Below, in pieces: positions 28,251 through 38,573 of a stretch of DNA of 61,434 nucleotides. A model generated the notes under the pieces. It saw only the letters and a list, made by a program, of their open reading frames with translations. It had not been told where the DNA came from and did no database searches. Both the position numbers and the translations under genes were made by a program. The stretch spans positions 1 through 61,434 of the IMG/VR virus record IMGVR_UViG_3300033076_000601; one strand, given 5' to 3'. Every line of letters begins with the position of its first letter. Position 1 is the stretch's first letter. The stretch comes from a virus. Its lineage: Duplodnaviria; Caudoviricetes.

Positions 28251-29158
28251 TGGCATATATTACTAATTATCAGTATTATACCAATAATGGTAACACACCT
28301 GAAGATGCAAATTGGGGATCATATCAGTATGTAAGCTTGGCTGACATTGTCAATAACTTTATATTGATGTATGTTGGTAATGATAAACTAGTTAATAATG
28401 TTGATCGATATACTGTATTGTTCCACGCAAAGCGCGCTATTCAAGAGTTAAATTACGACGCGCTTAGAAATATTAAGGTTTTAGAATTTGAGTTAGGGGA
28501 TCAGCTAAAAATGGTATTACCACCTGACTATGTAAATTACGTCAGAATATCTATGTTAAAAGGTGGGATACTTTACCCACTTACTGAAGCTAGGCAAACA
28601 ATAACAGCTACTGCATACCTTCAAGATAATAATGGGGAGATTGTATTTGACTCAAATGGTGAGGTAGTGATTGGAGAGTCTAGACTTGATATATTACGTC
28701 AAGAAGATAGACTCTATACAGGTCCTGGACCATACAATGGATACTATGGCTGGTATTACGAAGGCAACTGGTATTTTGGTTATCGTATTGGACAGCGTTA
28801 TGGGGTGAATACGTCTGATGCAAATGTCAATCCAAAATTCTCAGTTAATAAAGCCGCTGGTGTAATTGACTTTACATCTGGTGTTAGAAACGCATGGATT
28901 GTACTTGAGTATATTTCGGATGGTATGGAAAATGGTGATGATTCTCTTATCACAATCAACAAACTTGCTGAGGAATATATTTACGCATATTTGAAATGGG
29001 CTCTTCTTAATAATAAAATTGGAGTTCAAGAGTATATTGTCAATAGGGTTAAAAAAGAAAAAACCTCCATGTTGAGAAATACAAAAATTAGATTAAGCAA
29101 CATGCATCCTGGCCGCTTGCTTATGGCTATGCGAGGTAAGGACAAATGGATTAAATAG
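28250..29158 (+). CDS. Tail ring or tubular protein
   Basis: LP.DYVNYV.IS and LEYISDG motifs; position. Confidence 0.6.
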   Translation: MAYITNYQYYTNNGNTPEDANWGSYQYVSLADIVNNFILMYVGNDKLVNNVDRYTVLFHAKRAIQELNYDALRNIKVLEFELGDQLKMVLPPDYVNYVRISMLKGGILYPLTEARQTITATAYLQDNNGEIVFDSNGEVVIGESRLDILRQEDRLYTGPGPYNGYYGWYYEGNWYFGYRIGQRYGVNTSDANVNPKFSVNKAAGVIDFTSGVRNAWIVLEYISDGMENGDDSLITINKLAEEYIYAYLKWALLNNKIGVQEYIVNRVKKEKTSMLRNTKIRLSNMHPGRLLMAMRGKDKWIK

Positions 29159-29160
29159 AT

Positions 29161-32100
29161 ATGGCTGAAATACTGAGAACTTTCATAGCAGGCCGAATGA
29201 ATAAGGACCTTGATGAAAGGTTACTTCCAGAGGGCGAATACCGTGATGCTGTAAACGTAACTATTGATACGTCAGAAGGATCAAACATTGGAGCAATTCA
29301 AAATGCTTATGGCAATGTTAAAATTGCTGATATAGGTGACATATTGAGTTCTTATCAAGTAAGTGAACCTACAAACGCCGTTGTGATAGGGGCTGTAAAT
29401 TTTGAACCACAGAACTTATTATATTGGTTTGTAAAGGCTGATGACTTTGAGGGTATTTTTGAGTATAATCAAATTACCAATACATCTGTTTTAGTGTTAG
29501 GTTGTCAAATACCTAATACAAATAATGTTTATTTAAACTTTGATAAAAACCATCTTATAACCGGTGTTAATTATGTTACCGATGGACAGGGTGGTGGTCT
29601 TTTAATTTGGAATGACAACCTAAATCCACCAAGAAAAATCAATATTAGCCGATGCAAAACATATGCTATAAACGATCCTAGAATTAATGATGACATCAAT
29701 CTAATTGTAGCTCCACCTCTTAATTCTCCTTTTATATCATTAAGTAATCAAACAACACCTAGTTCAAATCCAAATAACATAGAGGATAAATTTGTTTACT
29801 TTAGTTATAGATATAAATACTCAGATAACGAGTATTCTGCAATGTCACCTCTTTCTGCTGTTGCTTTTAATCCTAAGGCTTTGAATATTGATTCAGAAAC
29901 AGGTGATAATAAAGGAATGCTCAATGCCTTTAATCAGGTAAATATAACTTTTGAAACTGGCAATCAATTTGTAACAGAAATCCAATTATTGGTTTGGGAA
30001 TCTAGAACCTTGAATGTTAAAATAGTTGAGACATTAAATAAGCAAGAGCTTAATATTCCAGATAATTCGACGTATAGTTTTTTCTTTATGAATAATAAGA
30101 CCTATGCAGCTCTTCCGTCTGATCAGGTCACTAGATTATTTGATAATGTGCCATTAAAAGCATTATCTCAAGAAATTATAGGAAGTCGATTGATTATGGG
30201 TAATTATACTCAATTTAGGGATTTATTAACCGATATTGATTACACTGTTAAATATGTAGAAGAACCTGTCACATCAGCTCCTAAACAAACCTGGAGAAGT
30301 GATAGAGATTATGAAATAGGTATTGCATATTTAGATGATTATGGTAGAATGACTACTGTCCTTACTACTACAAATGATAACTCTAATAATAACCTATCTA
30401 ATTCTATTTATATTCCTGCCTCAAATTCTAGCACAGCAAATTCATTAATTGTAAGTATTAAGAATAAAGCTCCTGAATGGGCAACCGGATATAGGTTTTT
30501 TGTAAAGCAATCAAAAACTGAGTACTATAATATTTTCCCTGTCACCTATTTAGCATCTGGATCATATCGTTATTTCTTAATTAATGAGGCGGATAGAGAT
30601 AAGATTAAGGTAAATGGATATATTATATTTAAATCGTCTGGATCAGGTCCTACAAATTCAAACAAACAATTTAAAGTTCTTGAACTTGAGCAAAAGGCAG
30701 CCAATGCTATAAATAGTGGATCATTAGAAGGTCTTTATTTTAAAATCAAAGCAGATGCATCTGACACATTTATTAGCTCTACAAGTCAAATTGTGTATAA
30801 TTTTAATGGATCGGGTAGAGGGCCTAAAATCCCTGGATTTGGGTCTAATACTGTTGATCCTGTAACAAATAGAATTACTAATGCAAGTATTTCTAGCACA
30901 TTGGCTTATTATCATTTTAGTGGTGATAACACTATACCAAATACAGGGCCAAGTGTAAATTTGGTAAATATAAATTGTCAAACAGATGCAAGACTTACTG
31001 TATTAATAACGGCTGGAAATAAATATAAAACCACATTAACTATTGATCAGTCTTCTTTTAGTGCTGAGTCAAACATTACTACAGGTCCAATTACTATTAA
31101 CATTGCAACTGGTCAAACAGCTGATTTATATTTTCAACCCGGTTCTTATAATGCTGGTGATAGATTTATTTTCAATATAAGAGGTAAAGGTAATAAGTCT
31201 GGTACACCTTCTGCCAGGAATAATAATAACTATGGCCTACCTTTAAATATTAATTCATTTGGTATAAATCAATATGGTGGAGTAGCGTTACTTCAAGAAC
31301 CATCTGGTAGTGTAATATATCCTGGGGCACAAATATCAATTGCAATAGAATATGATTGCGCACCAGGGGATGGTTATCGATCTGTGACTAATACATTTGT
31401 ATCTCCTAATTATTACACTAATTTAGAGGAGTGGTTTTACGAATCAGGTGCTTATTCTACATTCGTTCAATATAAAGACCAAAATTCAACTAACAATATT
31501 GGATCAAGAGGCGTTACATTTAGAAATGGTTTGTTATACACAAATACAGGATCTCCTGTATCAAACTCAATAATTCAGACACCAAATGCTGTATCTGGTT
31601 CAAAATTATATATGTGCATACAGGGCTTTGGAAACGGCTCATTAACTGGCACTCAAAAGAATGAAATAAAGGCATCTTTAAAAGTTATTCAAACACCGTT
31701 AAGTAATAAATTATCGGCTGAAACAGTTCCTGTAAATGACGATGTAGATATCTACTATGAAATGAGTAGAACCTATCCAATTGTTAATGGAGCTCATATG
31801 GCCCTTTGGAATTACGACAAATGCGTGGCAAATGGAAGTAACGTGTTTTTAGTTCAAAATTCTAATTCACATCCACATTACTTTGAGGATGGTCAATCCG
31901 TATATGTAACCGCTGCAAATATACCTGCTGGTTATTACACGGTTGAAAGTGTGCCAGATAGGTATTCTATAGAAATTAACTATACTGCTGCAACAGCAAA
32001 TATACCTGGTGGTGTGTCAGATAACAATATCGATCAAAACCAAGTATTGCCACTTAATCCAGCAGTAATAAAACTAAATAATACTAATAATAAGAATTCA

Positions 32101-33090
32101 GATTACAATGCATATTGCTATGGTAATGGTGTGGAATCGAACCGAATATTAGACGGATTTAATGAACCATGGCTTAAGTATAGCCTTAGAGCTAGTGGTG
32201 TTATTGAAAACTATGAACAGCAAGTAAAAGATACATCACTAACATACAGTGGATTATATCGTTGGGACACATCAATTAATAGGCTTAACGAGTTTAATTT
32301 ATCTCAAGCTAACTTTAAAAATTTAGATAAAGGTTTTGGATCGGTTCAGAAATTATATGCCAGAACGACTGACTTGGTAGTATTACATCAAGATAAGATT
32401 ACATCTGTTCTTTATGGTAAAAACTTATTGGTTGACGCTGTTGGTGGCGGATCGGTAGCTTCGGTTCCAGAAGTACTTGGAACTCAGATTGCTTTACCTT
32501 ATGAGTTTGGTATATCCTCAAACCCTGAAAGTTTTGCAGTATGGAGCGATAGAATGTATTTTACTGACGCTAGAAGAGGTGTCGTTTTACAAGTACAAGG
32601 AGACGAGGTATTGCAAATATCTAGAATGGGTCTATCTGATTATTTTAGAGATATAATGCTAGATTCTTCTGGTTATGCAAAGCTAGGCGCTTATGATCCA
32701 TATAATCACACATATGTTATTGCATCTACCAATAGAAAAAACACACCTTGCGACATAACTATTAATCCAACAACAGATAGTTTTCAATATAACACAGCTG
32801 GTGGTCTTGAGTATTTATTTGCTTTGTCTGGAACTACAAGTTGGACTGTATCATTAATTAACAATGGATTTGGAACTAACTGGGTAGAAATTCCTCCTTA
32901 TTGTCAAAATGGTGTTGGATCTCAAGACATCTATGCAAGAATTCAAAACAATACCACTCTTACACAAAGAAGTGTTATTGTGAGGGTTTCATATTGCAGT
33001 ACATATATAGATTACACACTTATTCAAGGACGTGGACCAAGAACAGATTTTAATATTATAACGTTAGGTAAAGATGAGTTCAAAAACTAA
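29161..33090 (+). CDS. Tail stabilisation (muzzle-like) protein, N-terminal part, ending in a BACON-like domain
   Basis: F..G.MNKDLDERL.P.GEYRDA.N start, FDNVP.KA..QE...RL..GNY, GIS.NPESFA, YFTD..RG.V; C-terminal WTVS..W...G.G...N....R...Q. Confidence 0.7.
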   Translation: MAEILRTFIAGRMNKDLDERLLPEGEYRDAVNVTIDTSEGSNIGAIQNAYGNVKIADIGDILSSYQVSEPTNAVVIGAVNFEPQNLLYWFVKADDFEGIFEYNQITNTSVLVLGCQIPNTNNVYLNFDKNHLITGVNYVTDGQGGGLLIWNDNLNPPRKINISRCKTYAINDPRINDDINLIVAPPLNSPFISLSNQTTPSSNPNNIEDKFVYFSYRYKYSDNEYSAMSPLSAVAFNPKALNIDSETGDNKGMLNAFNQVNITFETGNQFVTEIQLLVWESRTLNVKIVETLNKQELNIPDNSTYSFFFMNNKTYAALPSDQVTRLFDNVPLKALSQEIIGSRLIMGNYTQFRDLLTDIDYTVKYVEEPVTSAPKQTWRSDRDYEIGIAYLDDYGRMTTVLTTTNDNSNNNLSNSIYIPASNSSTANSLIVSIKNKAPEWATGYRFFVKQSKTEYYNIFPVTYLASGSYRYFLINEADRDKIKVNGYIIFKSSGSGPTNSNKQFKVLELEQKAANAINSGSLEGLYFKIKADASDTFISSTSQIVYNFNGSGRGPKIPGFGSNTVDPVTNRITNASISSTLAYYHFSGDNTIPNTGPSVNLVNINCQTDARLTVLITAGNKYKTTLTIDQSSFSAESNITTGPITINIATGQTADLYFQPGSYNAGDRFIFNIRGKGNKSGTPSARNNNNYGLPLNINSFGINQYGGVALLQEPSGSVIYPGAQISIAIEYDCAPGDGYRSVTNTFVSPNYYTNLEEWFYESGAYSTFVQYKDQNSTNNIGSRGVTFRNGLLYTNTGSPVSNSIIQTPNAVSGSKLYMCIQGFGNGSLTGTQKNEIKASLKVIQTPLSNKLSAETVPVNDDVDIYYEMSRTYPIVNGAHMALWNYDKCVANGSNVFLVQNSNSHPHYFEDGQSVYVTAANIPAGYYTVESVPDRYSIEINYTAATANIPGGVSDNNIDQNQVLPLNPAVIKLNNTNNKNSDYNAYCYGNGVESNRILDGFNEPWLKYSLRASGVIENYEQQVKDTSLTYSGLYRWDTSINRLNEFNLSQANFKNLDKGFGSVQKLYARTTDLVVLHQDKITSVLYGKNLLVDAVGGGSVASVPEVLGTQIALPYEFGISSNPESFAVWSDRMYFTDARRGVVLQVQGDEVLQISRMGLSDYFRDIMLDSSGYAKLGAYDPYNHTYVIASTNRKNTPCDITINPTTDSFQYNTAGGLEYLFALSGTTSWTVSLINNGFGTNWVEIPPYCQNGVGSQDIYARIQNNTTLTQRSVIVRVSYCSTYIDYTLIQGRGPRTDFNIITLGKDEFKN

Positions 33091-35722
33091 ACAATCATTT
33101 AGCTATACAGGTAGCTCAACATATACAATTGATAATGTGGTATTAAGTGGTAGCGCTATTGCTCTATTTGATACATCTACTGGAGTTGGTGGCGTTGGGT
33201 ATGTTCCATATGATGGTGCTACCGTTACTGTAGTTGCTGGAGATGTTTTATCAGATTATCGTCAACTTGCGCCAACGTTAAATAATAAGTTGTATTACTT
33301 AGTTTCAGATACTGCATATACAGCGGCCGATAAAACAACTATACTTAGTTTAGCTACTGAAATTCCGGTAGTATACTCAGCAGGAGTATTCACAGGTACA
33401 TTTACATTTTTAAATCCAAACAACTACGAGTATGTGTATTTGTTATGGGATTATGAGGATAAGATGGATCTTGTGGCTTCTTATAAAGGTATAACAGAAA
33501 GTAGGTCTATTGTTATGGATTATGGTTCTAGGATTGGGCGTGCTGGTATTAATTTTAATACCATTGACCCTGATCAACCAACCAGATACCAGGTAGAGTG
33601 GAATGGAAATATTGTTATAGATACTAAATATGTAGGAGTTAACTCATTAGTTAATTATAACGCATTAATATCTGCAGGCATTCCTGAAGACGAAATAGGT
33701 CTTGTATTTCCATATGATGGGACTATTGACAATGGAGTTGGCTCTGTTGAATTTTATAAAAATCTAGAAATTGGAGAGGCTAAATTGATTGTTTCTTCTC
33801 CTTTTAGTGGGTCTACATGGATTGTAAATAAAATAAGTCCATATTTAACTAGAATGTATATTGATCAAGCGGAGGGTATTGAATCTGATGTGTGTGCTCA
33901 ATGTCCTACTTTTGAAATATGGCATAATGGCGTTGATAAATTACCTGATGTCGGAGATCAATTATTTTTAACAGACAGCGGTCAAGATCTCTATGTTGGT
34001 GATGAATATCTTCATTTAATAGACACAACAGATGCTTGTACTTCTGCTGTATATTATATATCAACTACTTTAACTGGAGAAGTTTTATCAAAAGAAAGTT
34101 GCACTTGTTCTGAATTTGCTGTTCCTTTTATTATTGCAGATCCTATAACTTCTACTACAAATACATCTGAAAGCATAACTATAGAAGTTATTAATAATCC
34201 AACTTCATGGGATTTACTTGCAAGTACGTTACCTGATCAAGCGGTTTTTTCAAATGGTGTAGTATATTTTGATAGTTGCCCTGCTGGTGTTTACTCAATA
34301 ACAGTTAGGGCTAACAATTGCCTTGGATCTAGCTCATCAGCTGTTATATCTATAACTGTGTCAGATCCAGGGAATATGAAGCCTTTCTTAATTGACATTG
34401 AGCAATTTAAAGAGTCAGGATCAGACGCTTGCTTGGTTATTCCAACATTTACATTGATGTATTTTGATGGAGATGGGTATATACCTAATTTAACCGACAC
34501 TGTGTTTTATGATTCGGAGGGTAAAAGGCCGTTTATGGGCGGTAAAAAATGGTATCAAATCAATGACTCTGATTACACTATACAAATAGATCAGGAGGGT
34601 ACAATTATTGGAAAATCAACATGCCCTGGTACCACTACAACTACTACAACTACAAGCACAACTACACTTCCTTCAGGAACTTATTTCACAGCCATATCTT
34701 GCGCAGATAATACCACAACTGTTGTTTTAAGAAATTCATTAGGCACAGCTATAACAACGGGCCTTGTAGTTAAGACGACAGATGGTAATTGCTGGAGAAT
34801 AACTGGATCAACAACAGCATCATTCCCATATTACAATGTAGTGACTCCTATTGTTACATATGCCGACTGTACCGCATGTACTGGAACTACTACTACCACA
34901 ACCACTAGTACTACCACAACTGCCACTCCTGTTACTGCATTTGAAATAGATATAACTGGCTTTACATCTGATTCACTAGCTTGTAGATCTACACCAACAT
35001 ATGTAAATTACTACAATACAGGCGGATCATTAGCAGTAAACGAATTTGTTTACATTGACTCGGGGGCAACGACATTATTTGATGGTGGTTTCTTATGGTA
35101 TTTAGTTAGAATATCAGGCATTCCTTACGCTTGTTTAATTGCAAACACAGGCCAAGTGTTAAAACTTTTAGCTTGTTCTGGCGTTACCACTACCACCACT
35201 ACTACAACAATACCTGTTTTTTATTATAATGGTACTAAATGTGTTGGAGGTGCATCTGTATTGATGAGGTATCAAGGTTTTAGTGCATTAAGTTTACCTA
35301 ATTATGTAAAAGACAGTAATGGGGATTGCATCACAATTACATCAACAGCATCTCCTGGAACTCAAAATGGAGATATATATTATACTTACAATAGTTGTTC
35401 TGAATGTGCTGCAACAACGACTACGACAACTACGACAACAACGACAACTACGACAACAACAACGACTACGACAACAACGACTACGGCAGCTCCTTTAACA
35501 ATGTTAACGCTGTCTTACTCTTCTTCACAATCAACAGTCTGTACTGTTTTTGATATTAATAATTATTATGTAAATGGGGCTATTGGTATTCCAGGAAATT
35601 ATATCTTTACGGACCCATTGGGCGCAGACCCAGCACCTGCTGGTTGGTACTTAAATTTAATTATTAATGTCGCATACGAATGGAATGGGTCTAATTGGAC
35701 CGGTGCGACTAAATCTTGCTAA
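33074..35722 (+). CDS. Cys-rich repeat virion protein with four poly-Thr (mucin-like) tracts
   Basis: Repeated Cys-containing modules separated by Thr runs of up to 24 residues. Confidence 0.7.
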   Translation: MSSKTKQSFSYTGSSTYTIDNVVLSGSAIALFDTSTGVGGVGYVPYDGATVTVVAGDVLSDYRQLAPTLNNKLYYLVSDTAYTAADKTTILSLATEIPVVYSAGVFTGTFTFLNPNNYEYVYLLWDYEDKMDLVASYKGITESRSIVMDYGSRIGRAGINFNTIDPDQPTRYQVEWNGNIVIDTKYVGVNSLVNYNALISAGIPEDEIGLVFPYDGTIDNGVGSVEFYKNLEIGEAKLIVSSPFSGSTWIVNKISPYLTRMYIDQAEGIESDVCAQCPTFEIWHNGVDKLPDVGDQLFLTDSGQDLYVGDEYLHLIDTTDACTSAVYYISTTLTGEVLSKESCTCSEFAVPFIIADPITSTTNTSESITIEVINNPTSWDLLASTLPDQAVFSNGVVYFDSCPAGVYSITVRANNCLGSSSSAVISITVSDPGNMKPFLIDIEQFKESGSDACLVIPTFTLMYFDGDGYIPNLTDTVFYDSEGKRPFMGGKKWYQINDSDYTIQIDQEGTIIGKSTCPGTTTTTTTTSTTTLPSGTYFTAISCADNTTTVVLRNSLGTAITTGLVVKTTDGNCWRITGSTTASFPYYNVVTPIVTYADCTACTGTTTTTTTSTTTTATPVTAFEIDITGFTSDSLACRSTPTYVNYYNTGGSLAVNEFVYIDSGATTLFDGGFLWYLVRISGIPYACLIANTGQVLKLLACSGVTTTTTTTTIPVFYYNGTKCVGGASVLMRYQGFSALSLPNYVKDSNGDCITITSTASPGTQNGDIYYTYNSCSECAATTTTTTTTTTTTTTTTTTTTTTTTAAPLTMLTLSYSSSQSTVCTVFDINNYYVNGAIGIPGNYIFTDPLGADPAPAGWYLNLIINVAYEWNGSNWTGATKSC
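35414..35485 (+). repeat. 24 consecutive Thr codons (mixed ACA/ACG/ACT)
   Basis: Read directly from the sequence. Confidence 0.95.
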
Positions 35723-36639
35723 TGAAGACATTAAGAATGTTGTCGGCGCAACCAGCGCTTGACTACTATGCTTGGCAAATTGAGGTGTGTATACACAACT
35801 TTGCGTCACTAGGTTATGAGAATATAGATATTGTTGCAGGATATCAGGATGAGATACCTGAGTCTTGGAATAAGCTATACCAAACATATTCCGATATAGC
35901 TCGTTTCTTTTTCTATAAAGATACGATGGGTGAGTGTAATTATCCACCTGCTATTCAGGCTCATCTGCTTCATAAACATTTTAAAAAACATCCTGATCTA
36001 ATAAATGATGCGTTCTTTTTTCATGACGCTGACTTCGTTTTTACTAAATATATGGATTTTACTCCATATCTTAATGATGATATATGGTACTTCTCAGACA
36101 CTATTTCATACATAGGTTATGATTATATCATGAGTAAAGGAGAAGAGGTCTTAAAAGCTATGTGTAATCAAGTCGGGATATCACGCAAATTAGTTGAGTT
36201 TTACAAAAACAAAAGTGGCGGCGCTCAAAAGCTGATGAAGAACTTAACAGCTAACTATTGGAAAAAAGTTGAACAGGATAGCAAAGCTTTATATAACCTT
36301 TTGACTGATATGCAACATATTAAGAAGGAAGGAGATCCAAATGGAATACAAGCATGGACAGCAAGTATGTGGGCCGAACTATGGAACGCTTGGTTTTTTG
36401 GCCATCATGTTGAGGTTCCAAAGGATTTTGATTTTGCCTGGGCTACTTGCCCGGTTAATCGATGGGATGAATTGTATTTTTTCCATAACGCTGGAGTCTT
36501 AAATTCAGGACAGGGAATGTTTCATAAGGCATCGTATATGGACAATCTTCCATTCAAAACAGACTTACAGTTAGACCCAAACAGATGCTCTTATAAGTAC
36601 TACGAGATGATTAAAAGCATGAAAAGCTGCTTGGTCTAA
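35716..36639 (+). CDS. GT-A glycosyltransferase resembling HPAT/SGT1 (GT95/GT96) protein O-glycosyltransferases
   Basis: YYAWQ, FFFHDADFVF (DxD), GGAQ.L, W.ASMWA.LW.AW and FFH occur in HPAT-like order. Confidence 0.6.
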   Translation: MLMKTLRMLSAQPALDYYAWQIEVCIHNFASLGYENIDIVAGYQDEIPESWNKLYQTYSDIARFFFYKDTMGECNYPPAIQAHLLHKHFKKHPDLINDAFFFHDADFVFTKYMDFTPYLNDDIWYFSDTISYIGYDYIMSKGEEVLKAMCNQVGISRKLVEFYKNKSGGAQKLMKNLTANYWKKVEQDSKALYNLLTDMQHIKKEGDPNGIQAWTASMWAELWNAWFFGHHVEVPKDFDFAWATCPVNRWDELYFFHNAGVLNSGQGMFHKASYMDNLPFKTDLQLDPNRCSYKYYEMIKSMKSCLV

Positions 36640-36657
36640 AATTAGTAACTTTGTTAT

Positions 36658-37437
36658 ATGATTATAGATACACTTACTTTTTCCAATAAGTCTCAAGGAT
36701 GGGCATCTAGGTGGAGTTACAGACCTGATTGGATGATTGGTCTTAATAGTAGCTTCTATTCTTTTAAGAATGGAAATCTATATCAGCACGATATTAATCA
36801 AACCCATACAGAGTTTTATGGTAATATAGATGGTTTTTCCGTTTCAACAATATTTAATGAATCACCTGTTGAAATAAAGATGTTTAAAACATTAGCTATT
36901 GATGGGTCAACAGGTTTAAATGTAACTGGATATACTGATTTAGATCAGGTTGAAATGTCTATAGATCAATTCAAAAAGAAAGAAGGTAAATTTTATGCTT
37001 ACCTTAGAAGGCCACAAAATGAGTTGGATTTAGAATTGATTTCTTCTCAAGGAATTGGATCTGTTGTATCTACTAACGTTAACACCATAGAAGTGAGTAA
37101 TTCATTTTCTAATGTAGATATCGGTGATAAAGTATACAAAGCAACATTTACTCCAGCTTCAAACCCTGAAGATATTGCAGATATTGGAAACATTAGTAAT
37201 GTTCTTGAAGTCGGAACAATTTCAGCTATTGGATCTAACTCTATAACAACATCATCTTCATTTATAAATACGCCAAATCCAGGTGATTATTTATTTATTG
37301 TAAAAGAATCATCAATAGAGTCTTACGGCGCTAGAGGATATTACCTTAACTTGACATTATCTTTATCCGGGTCTGAGGCTGCAAACAATCATGAGGTATT
37401 TGCAATCAAGAGTTCCGTATTCAAAAGTTTTCCTTAA
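36658..37437 (+). CDS. Tail stabilisation protein, detached C-terminal part
   Basis: TLTFS...GW.S.WSY.PD.M...NS.FYSFKNG.LY.H, K.FKT...G, F.KKEG.FY.Y, G.RGYY; TAACTTTG at 36646. Confidence 0.6.
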   Translation: MIIDTLTFSNKSQGWASRWSYRPDWMIGLNSSFYSFKNGNLYQHDINQTHTEFYGNIDGFSVSTIFNESPVEIKMFKTLAIDGSTGLNVTGYTDLDQVEMSIDQFKKKEGKFYAYLRRPQNELDLELISSQGIGSVVSTNVNTIEVSNSFSNVDIGDKVYKATFTPASNPEDIADIGNISNVLEVGTISAIGSNSITTSSSFINTPNPGDYLFIVKESSIESYGARGYYLNLTLSLSGSEAANNHEVFAIKSSVFKSFP

Positions 37438-37446
37438 ATTTGTTAC

Positions 37447-37854
37447 ATGGAAGTTAGGTATCTTGATGACCGTGATTACGATGTTTTGGCGTCATGGTGG
37501 AAAGATTGGAGATGGACACCTCCACCTAAAGATATGTTACCTCAAAACGGTAGAGGTGGGTTGATGATTACAAAAGACGGTGAAGATATTTGCGCCGGAT
37601 TCATATATTTCACCAACTCAGCTACAGCATGGGTTGAGTTTATAATATCTAACTTTCAATATAAAAACAAAGAGGAAAGAAAGGAAGCTATTTTACTTTT
37701 GATTCAAGCCCTTTCAGAAGTTGCGAAAGACAACAACTGTAAGTATATTTATACTTCGTTAAAGAACGAACAACTGATTAACCACTACGCAGCTTGTGGA
37801 TTTGAAAAAGGATCAACCGGCTGCACTGAAATGATAAAGATATGGCAGCAGTAA
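37447..37854 (+). CDS. GNAT-family acetyltransferase-like protein
   Basis: GNAT-like order ending L...Y...GF; position before internal proteins. Confidence 0.55.
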   Translation: MEVRYLDDRDYDVLASWWKDWRWTPPPKDMLPQNGRGGLMITKDGEDICAGFIYFTNSATAWVEFIISNFQYKNKEERKEAILLLIQALSEVAKDNNCKYIYTSLKNEQLINHYAACGFEKGSTGCTEMIKIWQQ

Positions 37855-38573
37855 CATCAACATTAGTAGCACTTGGGGGCGTTGGCCTTGGTGCTGCACA
37901 AGCCATTAAGGCTAATAAAGATATGAAAAAAGCATCAGCTGCAGCTGATCTTGCTAAAAATCAACTTAAACAAATCAAAGAGACAAATCCATTTAAAGCT
38001 GTTCAAACACCCATGCTTGGTTTTGAGTTAGCTCAACAGCAACAATCTCAGAGAGAATCTCAAATGGTAAATGCTCTTGAAGGTGCTGGAGCTGAAGGTA
38101 TTATCGGTGGCATTGGGCAGGTTGCTCAAGCAGGTAACGAGCAAGACTTGCAATTGGCAGCTCAAGCTAATCAAGCACAATATAGTAGAGACATGGCACA
38201 AGCCGAAGCTCAGATGGGTATTGAGGCTCGAAAGGCCGAGCGCGATTTCACGGTTGGATTAGGTGAAGTTCAAGAACAAAACTTAAGGAGAGCTGAAGCT
38301 GCATCAAAAAGAGACGCTGCGATTGCAGGTGCTTTTGGATCACTTGGTACAGCTGCTTTAGGCATTGATGAAATGATTGGTCTTTACCGTAAAGGTAAAA
38401 CAACTCCTAATACCAAGACGGGAGCTGGAGGTGGTGTAAATTGGGATTATTTATTTGGTGATAAACCAAATTATTTAAATTTACAACAGCCTAATAATAT
38501 TATTACAGGATCTAGTATAAACAATACTAACGCTGTATTAGGTAATCAAGGAAACCAAGTGCAACTACCATAA
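37842..38573 (+). CDS. Internal virion (ejection) protein
   Basis: Gly/Ala-rich hydrophobic N-terminus and Gln/Ala coiled coil. Confidence 0.6.
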   Translation: MAAVTSTLVALGGVGLGAAQAIKANKDMKKASAAADLAKNQLKQIKETNPFKAVQTPMLGFELAQQQQSQRESQMVNALEGAGAEGIIGGIGQVAQAGNEQDLQLAAQANQAQYSRDMAQAEAQMGIEARKAERDFTVGLGEVQEQNLRRAEAASKRDAAIAGAFGSLGTAALGIDEMIGLYRKGKTTPNTKTGAGGGVNWDYLFGDKPNYLNLQQPNNIITGSSINNTNAVLGNQGNQVQLP

